NCBI GenBank assembly: GCA_002347265.1
Contig: DDYB01000032.1
Span: 322,482-386,481, forward strand
Origin: Desulfobacteraceae bacterium UBA2245
GTDB taxonomy: Bacteria > Desulfobacterota > Desulfobacteria > Desulfobacterales > UBA2245
DNA: 64,000 nt
Direction: 5' to 3'
Both the position numbers and the translations under genes were made by a program. How positions within the stretch are numbered: the first letter of the stretch is position 1; each line of letters starts with the position of its first letter. This document shows, piece by piece, positions 58,201-64,000 of this stretch. Below the pieces are notes generated by a model. The model did no database searches and was not told the origin of the DNA. It saw only the letters and a program-made list of their open reading frames with translations.

Positions 58201-61024
58201 GATTGAAGATCCGGCCAACATCAACTTGGTGCGACAACTCGTTCAGGCCCATGCATACTGGCGTCTCAAAGGACTGGCTGTGGACCTGGTCATCTGGAAC
58301 GAAGATCGCGCCGGTTACCGGCAACTTCTTCACGAGCAGATCATGGGGCTCATCGCTGCAGGCACAGAAGCGAAATTGGCCGATCGACCGGGCGGTATTT
58401 TTGTCAGACCTTCAGACCAGATATCGAAGGAGGACCGCGTCCTGTTCCAGGCGGTTGCCCGCGTTATCATCACTGACCGCAAGGGAACGCTCACGGACCA
58501 GATCAAGGGACGGAGCTTTATGGAAGGAATGTTGCCGGCCACTCTGGTAACCAGAGCCACAACACGGCGCGAAATTCCGGAAATAGAAGCAAAACCTCGC
58601 CAGGATTTGATGTTTGGGAATGGACTGGGCGGTTTTACACTGGATGGCCGGGAGTACATCATTTCAACTGCCCGCAGGCAGGTGACGCCGGCGCCATGGG
58701 TGAATGTGCTGGCGAACCGGCATTTCGGAACCGTTGTCTCAGAGAACGGTCTTGCCTATTCCTGGAGCGAAAACGCCCACGAGTTCCGCCTCACGCCATG
58801 GTACAACGATCCTGTCAGTGATACGGGTGGGGAGGCCTTTTATATACGCGATGAAGAGCGCGGCCACGTCTGGTCACCCATGCCGCGGCCCAGCTGCGGT
58901 AACACGCCTTACGTCACCCGCCACGGATTCGGCTATAGCGTCTTCGAGCACACGGAACGCGGTATCGGCACAGAGGTGTGGGTGTACGTGGCCTTGGACG
59001 CTGCGGTCAAGTTTACGGTGTTGAAAGTGCGCAACCTCTCAGGCCGGTCAAGGAGACTGTCCGCCACCGGATATGTGGAATGGGTGCTGGGCGATCTGAG
59101 ACCAAAAACCGCCATGCACGTCATTACAGAGATCAATGCTCTGAGCGGCGCCCTCTTTGCCCGTAACCCTTACAACGCTGAATTCGGGAAACGAACGGCC
59201 TTTTTTAATGTGGACGATCCATCCCGGACCATGAGCGGAGACCGGACGGAGTTCCTTGGGCGTAACGGAACGCTCGCCAATCCCGCCGCTATGAAGAGGT
59301 CGCGGCTTTCCGGCAGGGTAGGGACCGCTTTGGATCCATGCGGCGCTATCCAGGTGGCCTTTGAGCTGGCAGACGGGGAAGAGCGCGAAATTGTCTTCAC
59401 CCTGGGCGCCGGACAGGATGCCGATGATGCCGTCAACCTGGCACGCCGTTTCCAGGGATCGTTTGCTGCCCGTGAGGCCCTTGAAGCAACATGGCAGTAC
59501 TGGAACCACACCCTCGGCGCCGTTCAGGTGGAGACAAAGGACCCGTCCATCAACGTCCTGGCCAACGGTTGGCTCCTATACCAGACCCTGACCTGCCGTC
59601 TTTGGGGACGGAGCGGTTACTACCAGTCAGGGGGCGCCTTTGGTTTCCGTGACCAGTTGCAGGATGTGATGGCCCTCATTCACGCCGAACCACGCCTGGT
59701 TCGGGAGCACCTCCTCCTCAGTGCGTCACGACAGTTCCCGGAAGGAGATGTGCAGCACTGGTGGCATCCACCCACAGGACGGGGCGTGCGAACCCATTGC
59801 TCGGATGATTTTCTCTGGCTTCCCTGGGCGACGTGTCGCTACGTTCTGACTACCGGGGACACGGGGGTGCTGGATGAACCCGTCCGCTTTCTTAAGGGAC
59901 GCCCGGTCAACGCCGAGGAGGACTCCTATTACGATCTGCCCGGCAGGTCCGAAGAAAAGACGAGTCTCTACGACCACTGTGTACGAGCGATCACGAGGGG
60001 CCTCAGATTTGGCGAACATGGCCTGCCGCTCATCGGTTCCGGTGACTGGAACGACGGCATGAACATGGTGGGTAAAGACGGCAAAGGCGAAAGCGTTTGG
60101 CTCGCATTCTTCCTCTATGACGTACTGATGAAGTTCATGGAGGTTGCGCGCATGTGCGGAGACCTGCCCTTTGCCGAGCATTGTGAGGCAGAAGCGGGCA
60201 AGCTCCGCCGAAACATTGAGGAGCACGGCTGGGATGGCGGGTGGTACCTTCGGGCTTTTTTTGACGACGGCACGCTCCTCGGTTCAGCAGGCAATCCCGA
60301 ATGCCGGATCGATTCCATTGCGCAAAGCTGGTCGGTCCTGTCCGGGGCAGGGAGCGCAACGCGTTCACACATGGCCATGGACGCAGTGGATAAGCACCTC
60401 GTACGCAGGGACTCCTCGTTGATTCAGCTTCTCGATCCGCCCTTCGACAAGTCTTCTTTAAATCCCGGTTATATCAAGGGATATGTTCCCGGTGTTCGGG
60501 AAAACGGCGGGCAGTATACGCATGCGGCCATCTGGGCCGCCATGGCCTTTGCTGCCCTGGGGGACGACAGACGGGCATGGGAACTCCTTACCATGATCAA
60601 CCCGGTAAATCATGGGGGATCGACAAAAGGGATGGAAACGTACAAGGTGGAGCCCTACGTAGTCGCGGCGGACGTCTATGCCGTCCCGCCCCACACGGGT
60701 CGTGGCGGATGGACTTGGTACACGGGCGCAGCCGGATGGATGTACCGGCTGATTGTGGAATCACTCCTGGGTATCCGACTCGAAGTGGACAAGCTGCATG
60801 TTGAGCACTGCCTCCCTGCCGATTGGGGGGGCTTCACGTTGCACTACCGGTACCGGGAGACCGTCTACCATATAAAGGTCGTGCAGGGACGGGCGGACGA
60901 AGGGGTGGAGAGCGTAACCGTTGACGGGGTCGTACAACGGGCACAGACGATTCCCCTGACGGATGATCATAAAGAACATTTTGTAGAAGTGGTCGTGGCG
61001 CCAATTCGGCTTAGTCCAGTGTAG
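52298..61024 (+). CDS. ndvB: Cyclic beta-1,2-glucan synthase-like giant protein (membrane GT84 domain + cyclization region + C-terminal GH94 phosphorylase-like domain)
   Basis: 2908 aa. N-terminus PLRSELLSAPQMEQHG. GT motifs ITLDTDTQLP, HDLIEG, RWIRGDWQ. GH94-like GDWNDGMN and RENGGQYTHAA. TM helices around aa 430-480 and 800-1000. TTG start with an AAGGA RBS; start uncertain. Confidence 0.85.
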   Translation: MAPLSTTIIESLHHLWANLHGKSPVHKRVGDEPPLRSELLSAPQMEQHGKTLAAAHTLSAGRPLEQLLARLGENEGILLNVRELLSEAMKESRRIAPAGEWLLDNFYLIEEQIRTAKRYLPKGYSKGLPCLKKGPSTGLPRVYDIALEMVAHGDGRVDPESLNRFVEAYQTVTELTLGELWAIPIMLRLALIENLRRAAVRIAAGRTARNLADYWADQLVETAERNPKNLILAIADMARSKPPMVSSFVAELTRRLQGRGPALGLPLAWLDQQLSGSSLTIEQLVQSEALQQAEDQISISNSIGSLRFLGATDWRKFVETMSVVEQTLCEDPAYVYGRMDFATRDSYRHVVERIAKSSPLSENEVARVAIRLAGEGEGKVTSDSRANHVGFYLIDKGLTQLEGLAGARLSFSEGIRKVIHRFPLLFYIGTICLLTAIFTGYLLAEANSNGVRGHWMWIIGIISVLSVSQLAIALVNWLTTRIVAPHALPRMDFSKGIPSESATLIVVPTMITSSESIDHLVEALEVRFLANRDKNLRFGLLTDFRDAEEEILPDDGPLLVLARQRIEELNEKYRTSKTDTFFLFHRPRRFNPQDHIWMGYERKRGKLAELNSFLRGGSRECFSLIVGNTEGLEQAKYIITLDTDTQLPRDAAWQLVGAMAHPLNRPQYDEKKQRICAGYGILQPRVAVSLPSTNRTRYARMWGSDAGIDPYTRVVSDVYQDLFGEGSFIGKGIYEIDAFEQALRGRFPENRILSHDLIEGCYARAGLLSDVQLYEEYPARYSADVSRRHRWIRGDWQLFRWLLPGVPGPDVRFQKNPLSLLSRWKLFDNLRRSLLPLAMTLLLLLGWTVLPMPWFWTLSVMGIVLIPPWIMSLLDLFQKSDDVLPSQHILATMRGSGINHGQAVFTLLCLPYEAFFSMDAVLRTIWRMLTGNKRLLEWNPSGDSHRTSRKDLAGAYRTMWIAPVIAVVAAIHLALYRPEALVVALPVLIFWFLSPGVTWWTSKPLGRRKERLSSEQINFLRKISRKTWCFFETFVGPEDHWLPPDNYQENPFAKVAHRTSPTNMGLALLANLSAWDFGYISTGQLIDRTANALRTMRSMERHKGHFYNWYDTESLEPLLPMYISTVDSGNIAAHLLTLRAGLSALPDERIVGPRVFDGLLDTARILLDVAGEPVPHRLSRLREALESLCAASPNTLAAAREVLGGIALPALEGLHGFDAAPESLAAEWARAFTGQCRAALDELEFLAPWIVLPLPSEVLDTFPGLGEIPTLRALANFDKELLPAMTDLHAGTPKESEQIDALRGAIIEASNRARARIVAIEKLVARSGLLAHMDYDFLYDETRHLLAIGYNLSDNRRDASYYDLLASEARLSSFVAIAQRQLPQENWFALGRLLTTAGGEPVLLSWSGSMFEYLMPLLVMPTYEKTLLDETCKGAVARQIEYGKQRGVPWGISESGYNMIDGHLNYQYSAFGVPGLGLKRGFSELVIAPYASALALLVAPEEACRNLEELSAQGIEGKYGFYEAIDYTPSHLPHGNESAVVRSFMAHHQGMTLLSLASSLLNRPMQNRFESDPSFRAIMLLLQERVPKATAFYSRTAELAEVDAVSHDIEDMPVRVYKSPDTPIPEVQLLSNGRYHVMITNAGGGYSQWKDMAVTRWREDSTCDNWGAFCYIRDLSTGTFWSTAYQPTLKPSKQYEAIFSVGRAEFRRRDQDFDTHTEIVISPEDDIEMRRITIANRARMQRTIEVTSYSEVVLAPPAQDTLHPAFSNLFIQTEIIREQRAILCKRRPRSLGEQSPWMFHLMAVHGAETGEVSYETDRMRFIGRGNTLADPEAMRGSSGLSDNEGSVLDPIVAIRRQITLDPGKSAVIIIVTGITETRNACLDLVRKYQDRHLADRVFDLAWTHSQVLLRQINATEADAQLYGRLAASILYANLSLRADPGAIIKNRRGQSGLWGYSISGDLPIVLLRIEDPANINLVRQLVQAHAYWRLKGLAVDLVIWNEDRAGYRQLLHEQIMGLIAAGTEAKLADRPGGIFVRPSDQISKEDRVLFQAVARVIITDRKGTLTDQIKGRSFMEGMLPATLVTRATTRREIPEIEAKPRQDLMFGNGLGGFTLDGREYIISTARRQVTPAPWVNVLANRHFGTVVSENGLAYSWSENAHEFRLTPWYNDPVSDTGGEAFYIRDEERGHVWSPMPRPSCGNTPYVTRHGFGYSVFEHTERGIGTEVWVYVALDAAVKFTVLKVRNLSGRSRRLSATGYVEWVLGDLRPKTAMHVITEINALSGALFARNPYNAEFGKRTAFFNVDDPSRTMSGDRTEFLGRNGTLANPAAMKRSRLSGRVGTALDPCGAIQVAFELADGEEREIVFTLGAGQDADDAVNLARRFQGSFAAREALEATWQYWNHTLGAVQVETKDPSINVLANGWLLYQTLTCRLWGRSGYYQSGGAFGFRDQLQDVMALIHAEPRLVREHLLLSASRQFPEGDVQHWWHPPTGRGVRTHCSDDFLWLPWATCRYVLTTGDTGVLDEPVRFLKGRPVNAEEDSYYDLPGRSEEKTSLYDHCVRAITRGLRFGEHGLPLIGSGDWNDGMNMVGKDGKGESVWLAFFLYDVLMKFMEVARMCGDLPFAEHCEAEAGKLRRNIEEHGWDGGWYLRAFFDDGTLLGSAGNPECRIDSIAQSWSVLSGAGSATRSHMAMDAVDKHLVRRDSSLIQLLDPPFDKSSLNPGYIKGYVPGVRENGGQYTHAAIWAAMAFAALGDDRRAWELLTMINPVNHGGSTKGMETYKVEPYVVAADVYAVPPHTGRGGWTWYTGAAGWMYRLIVESLLGIRLEVDKLHVEHCLPADWGGFTLHYRYRETVYHIKVVQGRADEGVESVTVDGVVQRAQTIPLTDDHKEHFVEVVVAPIRLSPV

Positions 61025-61029
61025 CTTTG

Positions 61030-61236
61030 CTGCCATCCGGTCTCATCTACATGGTAGACCAGCGCCCGACGCGCCCTGTCGCCGATTGCCGCATGCACCG
61101 GGAGCAGCGCCGCTGAGACCCGATCAACCACCTTCTGAATGCCTCCCATTTCATTGAAGGCTTCTATGTGATAAGAATTAAATGACAAATCGGAAAAAGG
61201 GCAGCAATGAAACAGCGACGGAATTGGATTGAACAA
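61030..61236 (-). pseudogene. Fragment resembling an IS66-family transposase
   Basis: GGIQKVVDRVSAALLPVHAAIGDRARRALVYHVDETGW resembles the region just before and at the start of the IS66 DDE domain (..L.P....I........HxDETxW). Only ~45 aa are retained. Confidence 0.3.
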
Positions 61237-61262
61237 CCAAATAATCGGGGAAAGGAAATATT

Positions 61263-61532
61263 ATGCAAAAGACCTTAGAACCCAAGAGTATCGAGCAATT
61301 GCTGGCTGAGGCCGATGAACTCATTCAACAGATTCGTTCCGATGCCATCAAAGACATGGAAGAAGAGCGTCTCATGGAGTTTGAAAAACAAGCTCAGGAA
61401 TTGAAAAGAATCAAAGACGAGGTTCAGAGCAGGAAGGAGAAGAAAGAAGCGGCGAAAATAGGCTCCGGCGCCGAGGGTATGCACGAGGCGATCCAGGATA
61501 TTGTGAAGGCCATGAAAAACTATTTTTCATGA
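61263..61532 (+). CDS. Small charged coiled-coil hypothetical protein
   Basis: AAAGGA RBS 8 nt upstream; 89 aa, Glu/Lys-rich. Confidence 0.4.
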   Translation: MQKTLEPKSIEQLLAEADELIQQIRSDAIKDMEEERLMEFEKQAQELKRIKDEVQSRKEKKEAAKIGSGAEGMHEAIQDIVKAMKNYFS

Positions 61533-61607
61533 TTTGCATCACGCCTGGGAGTATTCAAAATTCTGGGGATAGTGCTGGATGTCCTTAAATAACTAACTAT
61601 ATTATTA

Positions 61608-61802
61608 TTTTAAGCCATATTGTGCATGATTGGTCATCAAAACCCATGCACAACAGCTTGCCCGGTTTCGGGGACCAGCCTTGACAACCGGTCGGCAAAA
61701 ACTTCCTTATCCGTTTTATCCCGGAAAATGTCCTGGCGTTCAATGCCCCGGATTATCGCGCGGTACAGAATTCCGCGCATCTAATCTGGCTGATCTCGGC
61801 AT
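61608..61802 (-). pseudogene. Decayed 5' fragment of a second RAYT-like transposase gene
   Basis: Three frames give three pieces: MPRSARLDA, then IIRGIERQDIFRDKTDKEVFADRLSRLVPETGQAVVHGF*, then MTNHAQYGL. These align to MPRKSRIDA..HIIFRGIERRKIFYDDADRDAFVTRLGRIL...ALMPNHAHLL of the intact copy. At least 2 frameshifts. Confidence 0.65.
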
Positions 61803-61804
61803 GG

Positions 61805-61872
61805 GTTTTCAAATATCACGGGCAGGGGAATCGTTCAAGTTATTGAGATATTTAAGGACATCCCCAAAATTC
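61805..61872 (+). repeat. R1 repeat, copy c (68 bp)
   Basis: Differs from copy b at 3 of 68 positions and abuts the start codon of the decayed transposase. An inverted 15 nt piece of R1 (ggatgtccttaaata) lies at 61577..61591. Confidence 0.85.
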
Positions 61873-61932
61873 AAAATTGTGTTGACAGAGAGGATATAGG
61901 ATGTCCCCAACTGTCCCCTTCGTTCGCAATTC

Positions 61933-62337
61933 TCATCTGATCCATTCGATGACATGTGGCCCAAGGACCAGCAACCCAATGACCACGGCTCCGATGGCGG
62001 AAATCAACACGGCACCAGCCGCAACGTCCTTGGAATGCTTGACCAACGGATGAAATTCCGGCGATGCAACATCTGCCAGGAACTCGAAGGCCGTGTTCAG
62101 GGCTTCAGCCGTCCAGACAGCCATGATGGCCAGAACCAGCCAGCACCACTCGGACGATGACACGCCGAAGACCAACCCTGCCACAATGACGGCAACGGTT
62201 GCGCATGCGTGCACCCAGGCGTTGTGTTGAGACTTGAGCATCGTCCAGATGCCTGCGAAGGCATACTTGAAGCTTCGTATGCGCCCCGTGAATTGGAATG
62301 GTCTAGAACTTTTTAACGGGCATTGATATATTGGCAT
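61933..62337 (-). CDS. dgkA: Diacylglycerol kinase family protein
   Basis: Three TM helices and the conserved EALNTAFE motif, similar in length and layout to E. coli DgkA. The only in-frame start upstream of the conserved N-region is the ATG at 62337, inside the transposon-end remnant. Confidence 0.8.
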   Translation of the reverse strand: MPIYQCPLKSSRPFQFTGRIRSFKYAFAGIWTMLKSQHNAWVHACATVAVIVAGLVFGVSSSEWCWLVLAIMAVWTAEALNTAFEFLADVASPEFHPLVKHSKDVAAGAVLISAIGAVVIGLLVLGPHVIEWIR

Positions 62338-62466
62338 AAATCATTTCGGAACCTTGAGGTTCTTAACTCCTACGATCTTTTCGCCCTGTTTGACCGATTG
62401 GCTGTCCGTGGGTTGAAAAATGCCAAGTACTCCGGCCAGATCCGCCGCGCTGAGGCCAAGTTCCCA
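62316..62466 (-). pseudogene. 3' remnant of a RAYT-like transposase gene plus partial terminal inverted repeat
   Basis: 62341..62466 translates in frame to WELGLSAADLAGVLGIFQPTDSQSVKQGEKIVGVKNLKVPK*. This is ~80% identical to the last 42 aa of the intact copy. 62316..62333 matches 18 of 23 nt of the left IR. Confidence 0.75.
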
Positions 62467-62619
62467 AAAAGGAAATAATGGGGAAACCTTTTTGCCGCAC
62501 GACTTACCGCCGGATAGCTTTTTCCGAACTTTATTGCGATTTCAACGGATGATCAGCCTTTGAAAAGCATAAAATCATAGACGCCCCCCTTCCATACCCA
62601 AAAGTGCCTCTACAAGGCA

Positions 62620-63540
62620 TCAAAATTCCTTCTGACAATCAAAGCAGTAAGCCTTTCCGCCAAATTTCGTCTTGTTCTGCCAGCAAAATTTGGCAGCCTT
62701 TTCTGATATTGACTTCTTGCATTTACAGCAAAAGAATTTGGAGGTACTGAATGCGTTCCGCTCATCATTAACAGTTGTCGGATTTTTTTGGGTAATTGAA
62801 TACGACTTTGCAGGCAGTCCGAACTTTGCCCTGTAATCAATGCTCAAAGGTCTGTGGAAGGAGACCAGTCTCGTAGACATCTCCTCTATCGTAGCCGCAG
62901 ATGATATCTTGCCCACAGCGCTCAGATCCGATAATGGGGTGAACTTATTTATATCGTTATCAATCTTGGTTTTGAGGGTGTCTGCCTTTATGATCGTGCT
63001 GGTGTCGAACTTGTTTGCGGTTGGCCGCGTGATAAGCGATTTAGGCGATATCAGAATGAAGTTCAGGTACTTGGGTCGTATGGAAATTCCAAGCCTCTTC
63101 GGGAGCAGGTTGTTATCTTTAAGAAAACGATCAAGAAGGTGAATGTGCCTCTTGTTTTGTTCAACGGGCGAGGGGATGCCAAAGGTTTGCTTTCCGTAAT
63201 AGGCTTGAAATTCCCCCTCTGGTGTGATCTTTATCCCGTAGGAATAATTTTTAGATTCAAGCACGTAGATTTCGAAAAACCGATTGATCAGGAGGTGGTC
63301 AATCTGGGCGACCTGATTTTCATGTTCAATTCTCAGATCGTGAATGATGGCCCAATTCTTTGAATCGCCGTAGTAAAAATTGATGTAGTATGCGGAATCT
63401 TCCTCACCATGGACTCCTTTTTTCATTGCCTTCAGTTCCCGCTCGATGAGAAACTTCTGATTGGCGTTAATCGGTTCTTCAAGCAATGACGATAGTGCTT
63501 CCATCTCATCTTGTTTTGAATCCATGCGCTTTATGATCAT
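62620..63540 (-). CDS. NERD (nuclease-related) domain protein with C-terminal zinc ribbon
   Basis: GVHGEEDSAYY...IIHDLRIEHENQVAQIDHLLINRFFEIYVLESKNYSYGIKI matches the NERD pattern. C-terminus CCKCKK...CFDCQ. The gene is visibly AT-richer than its neighbours. Confidence 0.75.
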   Translation of the reverse strand: MIIKRMDSKQDEMEALSSLLEEPINANQKFLIERELKAMKKGVHGEEDSAYYINFYYGDSKNWAIIHDLRIEHENQVAQIDHLLINRFFEIYVLESKNYSYGIKITPEGEFQAYYGKQTFGIPSPVEQNKRHIHLLDRFLKDNNLLPKRLGISIRPKYLNFILISPKSLITRPTANKFDTSTIIKADTLKTKIDNDINKFTPLSDLSAVGKISSAATIEEMSTRLVSFHRPLSIDYRAKFGLPAKSYSITQKNPTTVNDERNAFSTSKFFCCKCKKSISEKAAKFCWQNKTKFGGKAYCFDCQKEF

Positions 63541-63678
63541 CTGGCACTCCTATAATGCTATAAGCTTTGATGGCAATACTTGAATGGTGACATTTCTTGT
63601 TAATTCAAAATCCGAAATTTAGCCCCTTTGCCTTCCATCAAAAATTCGGTTGCCTTTATCAATTTATATTTTTATGTA

Positions 63679-63719
63679 CGACCCCCAAGCCCGCGACCCC
63701 CAAGCCCGACCCCCAAACC
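63679..63719 (+). repeat. Three tandem units of CGACCCCCAAGCC-like motif
   Basis: cgacccccaagcc(cg)cgacccccaagcc cgacccccaaacc, preceded by the AT-rich tatttttatgtacg. Confidence 0.7.
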
Positions 63720-64000
63720 GTTACTTAATTCGTATGCTAAAACTTCTTTGGGTAATACAGCTTCATCAATTATTTTAGAGTCTGAAAAAAAATTCAGGCC
63801 TCCTTATTTTATAGAACTCAGAAGGTTCCACTTGTTACCTCGATTTTTCACACATAACGTTGTGTTGAGTGGAGAGCTTCAGCGAGTCCGACTCGAACGG
63901 CTGGTTAACCGAATTTTATATTTTTTAATATACTTTTCAACCAAATACTACCTTTTGGGGTGATTAGCCAATATAGAGTACCACAATTTGCTATAACAGT

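Noticed and set aside
63841-63920. tRNA-like GTTCGAGTC (T-loop-like) string on the minus strand
   Set aside because: The flanking bases cannot form a T-stem (agccg versus cggac do not pair). No acceptor stem or anticodon arm could be built.
63628-63963. ORF 63628..63963 (+), 111 aa
   Set aside because: It has no RBS. The translation runs through the CGACCCCC repeats, which give the PPSPRPPSPTPKP stretch, and through AT-rich sequence with aberrant composition. It is probably non-coding.

Overview
This 64 kb window is chromosomal DNA of roughly 50-55% GC by eye. The gene content suggests an anaerobic Desulfobacterota/deltaproteobacterium-like organism: sigma-54 activator, multi-PAS kinases, Tat-exported FeS protein, several radical SAM enzymes. 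That taxonomic placement is inference only.

Most of 1-45 kb is ordinary housekeeping and envelope content:
- Class A PBP, SPFH pair, RluA-type pseudouridine synthase, SpoIID/LytB.
- metK-ahcY-panC, dksA, ybaK, enoyl-CoA hydratase, DUF255 thioredoxin-like protein, PEP-mutase family, flavodoxin, MBL hydrolase.

I saw no rRNA, tRNA or CRISPR array and no canonical defence operon.

The accessory-looking part is 45-64 kb:
- A lipoprotein with jacalin-lectin plus aerolysin-type pore-forming architecture (natterin-like).
- A 927 bp segment present twice in tandem, carrying a small secreted-protein gene.
- An IS200/RAYT-like Y1 transposase bounded by perfect 23 bp inverted repeats. Its outer end supplies the start codon of mtgA, and a decayed second copy does the same for dgkA.
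- A ~68 bp repeat in three copies.
- A 2908 aa cyclic beta-1,2-glucan synthase-like gene bracketed by these mobile-element scars.
- A low-GC NERD/zinc-ribbon gene, and short CGACCCCC-type motif arrays at three sites.

Other leads:
- A GNAT-HDAC fusion protein.
- A divergent RelA/SpoT-like protein behind a non-coding region packed with CCGAAAT heptamers.
- A PAS histidine kinase split by a homopolymer frameshift.
- Three sigma-54-type promoter matches, one of them antisense to the surrounding genes.

All functional calls come from reading motifs in the translations. No database search was run.
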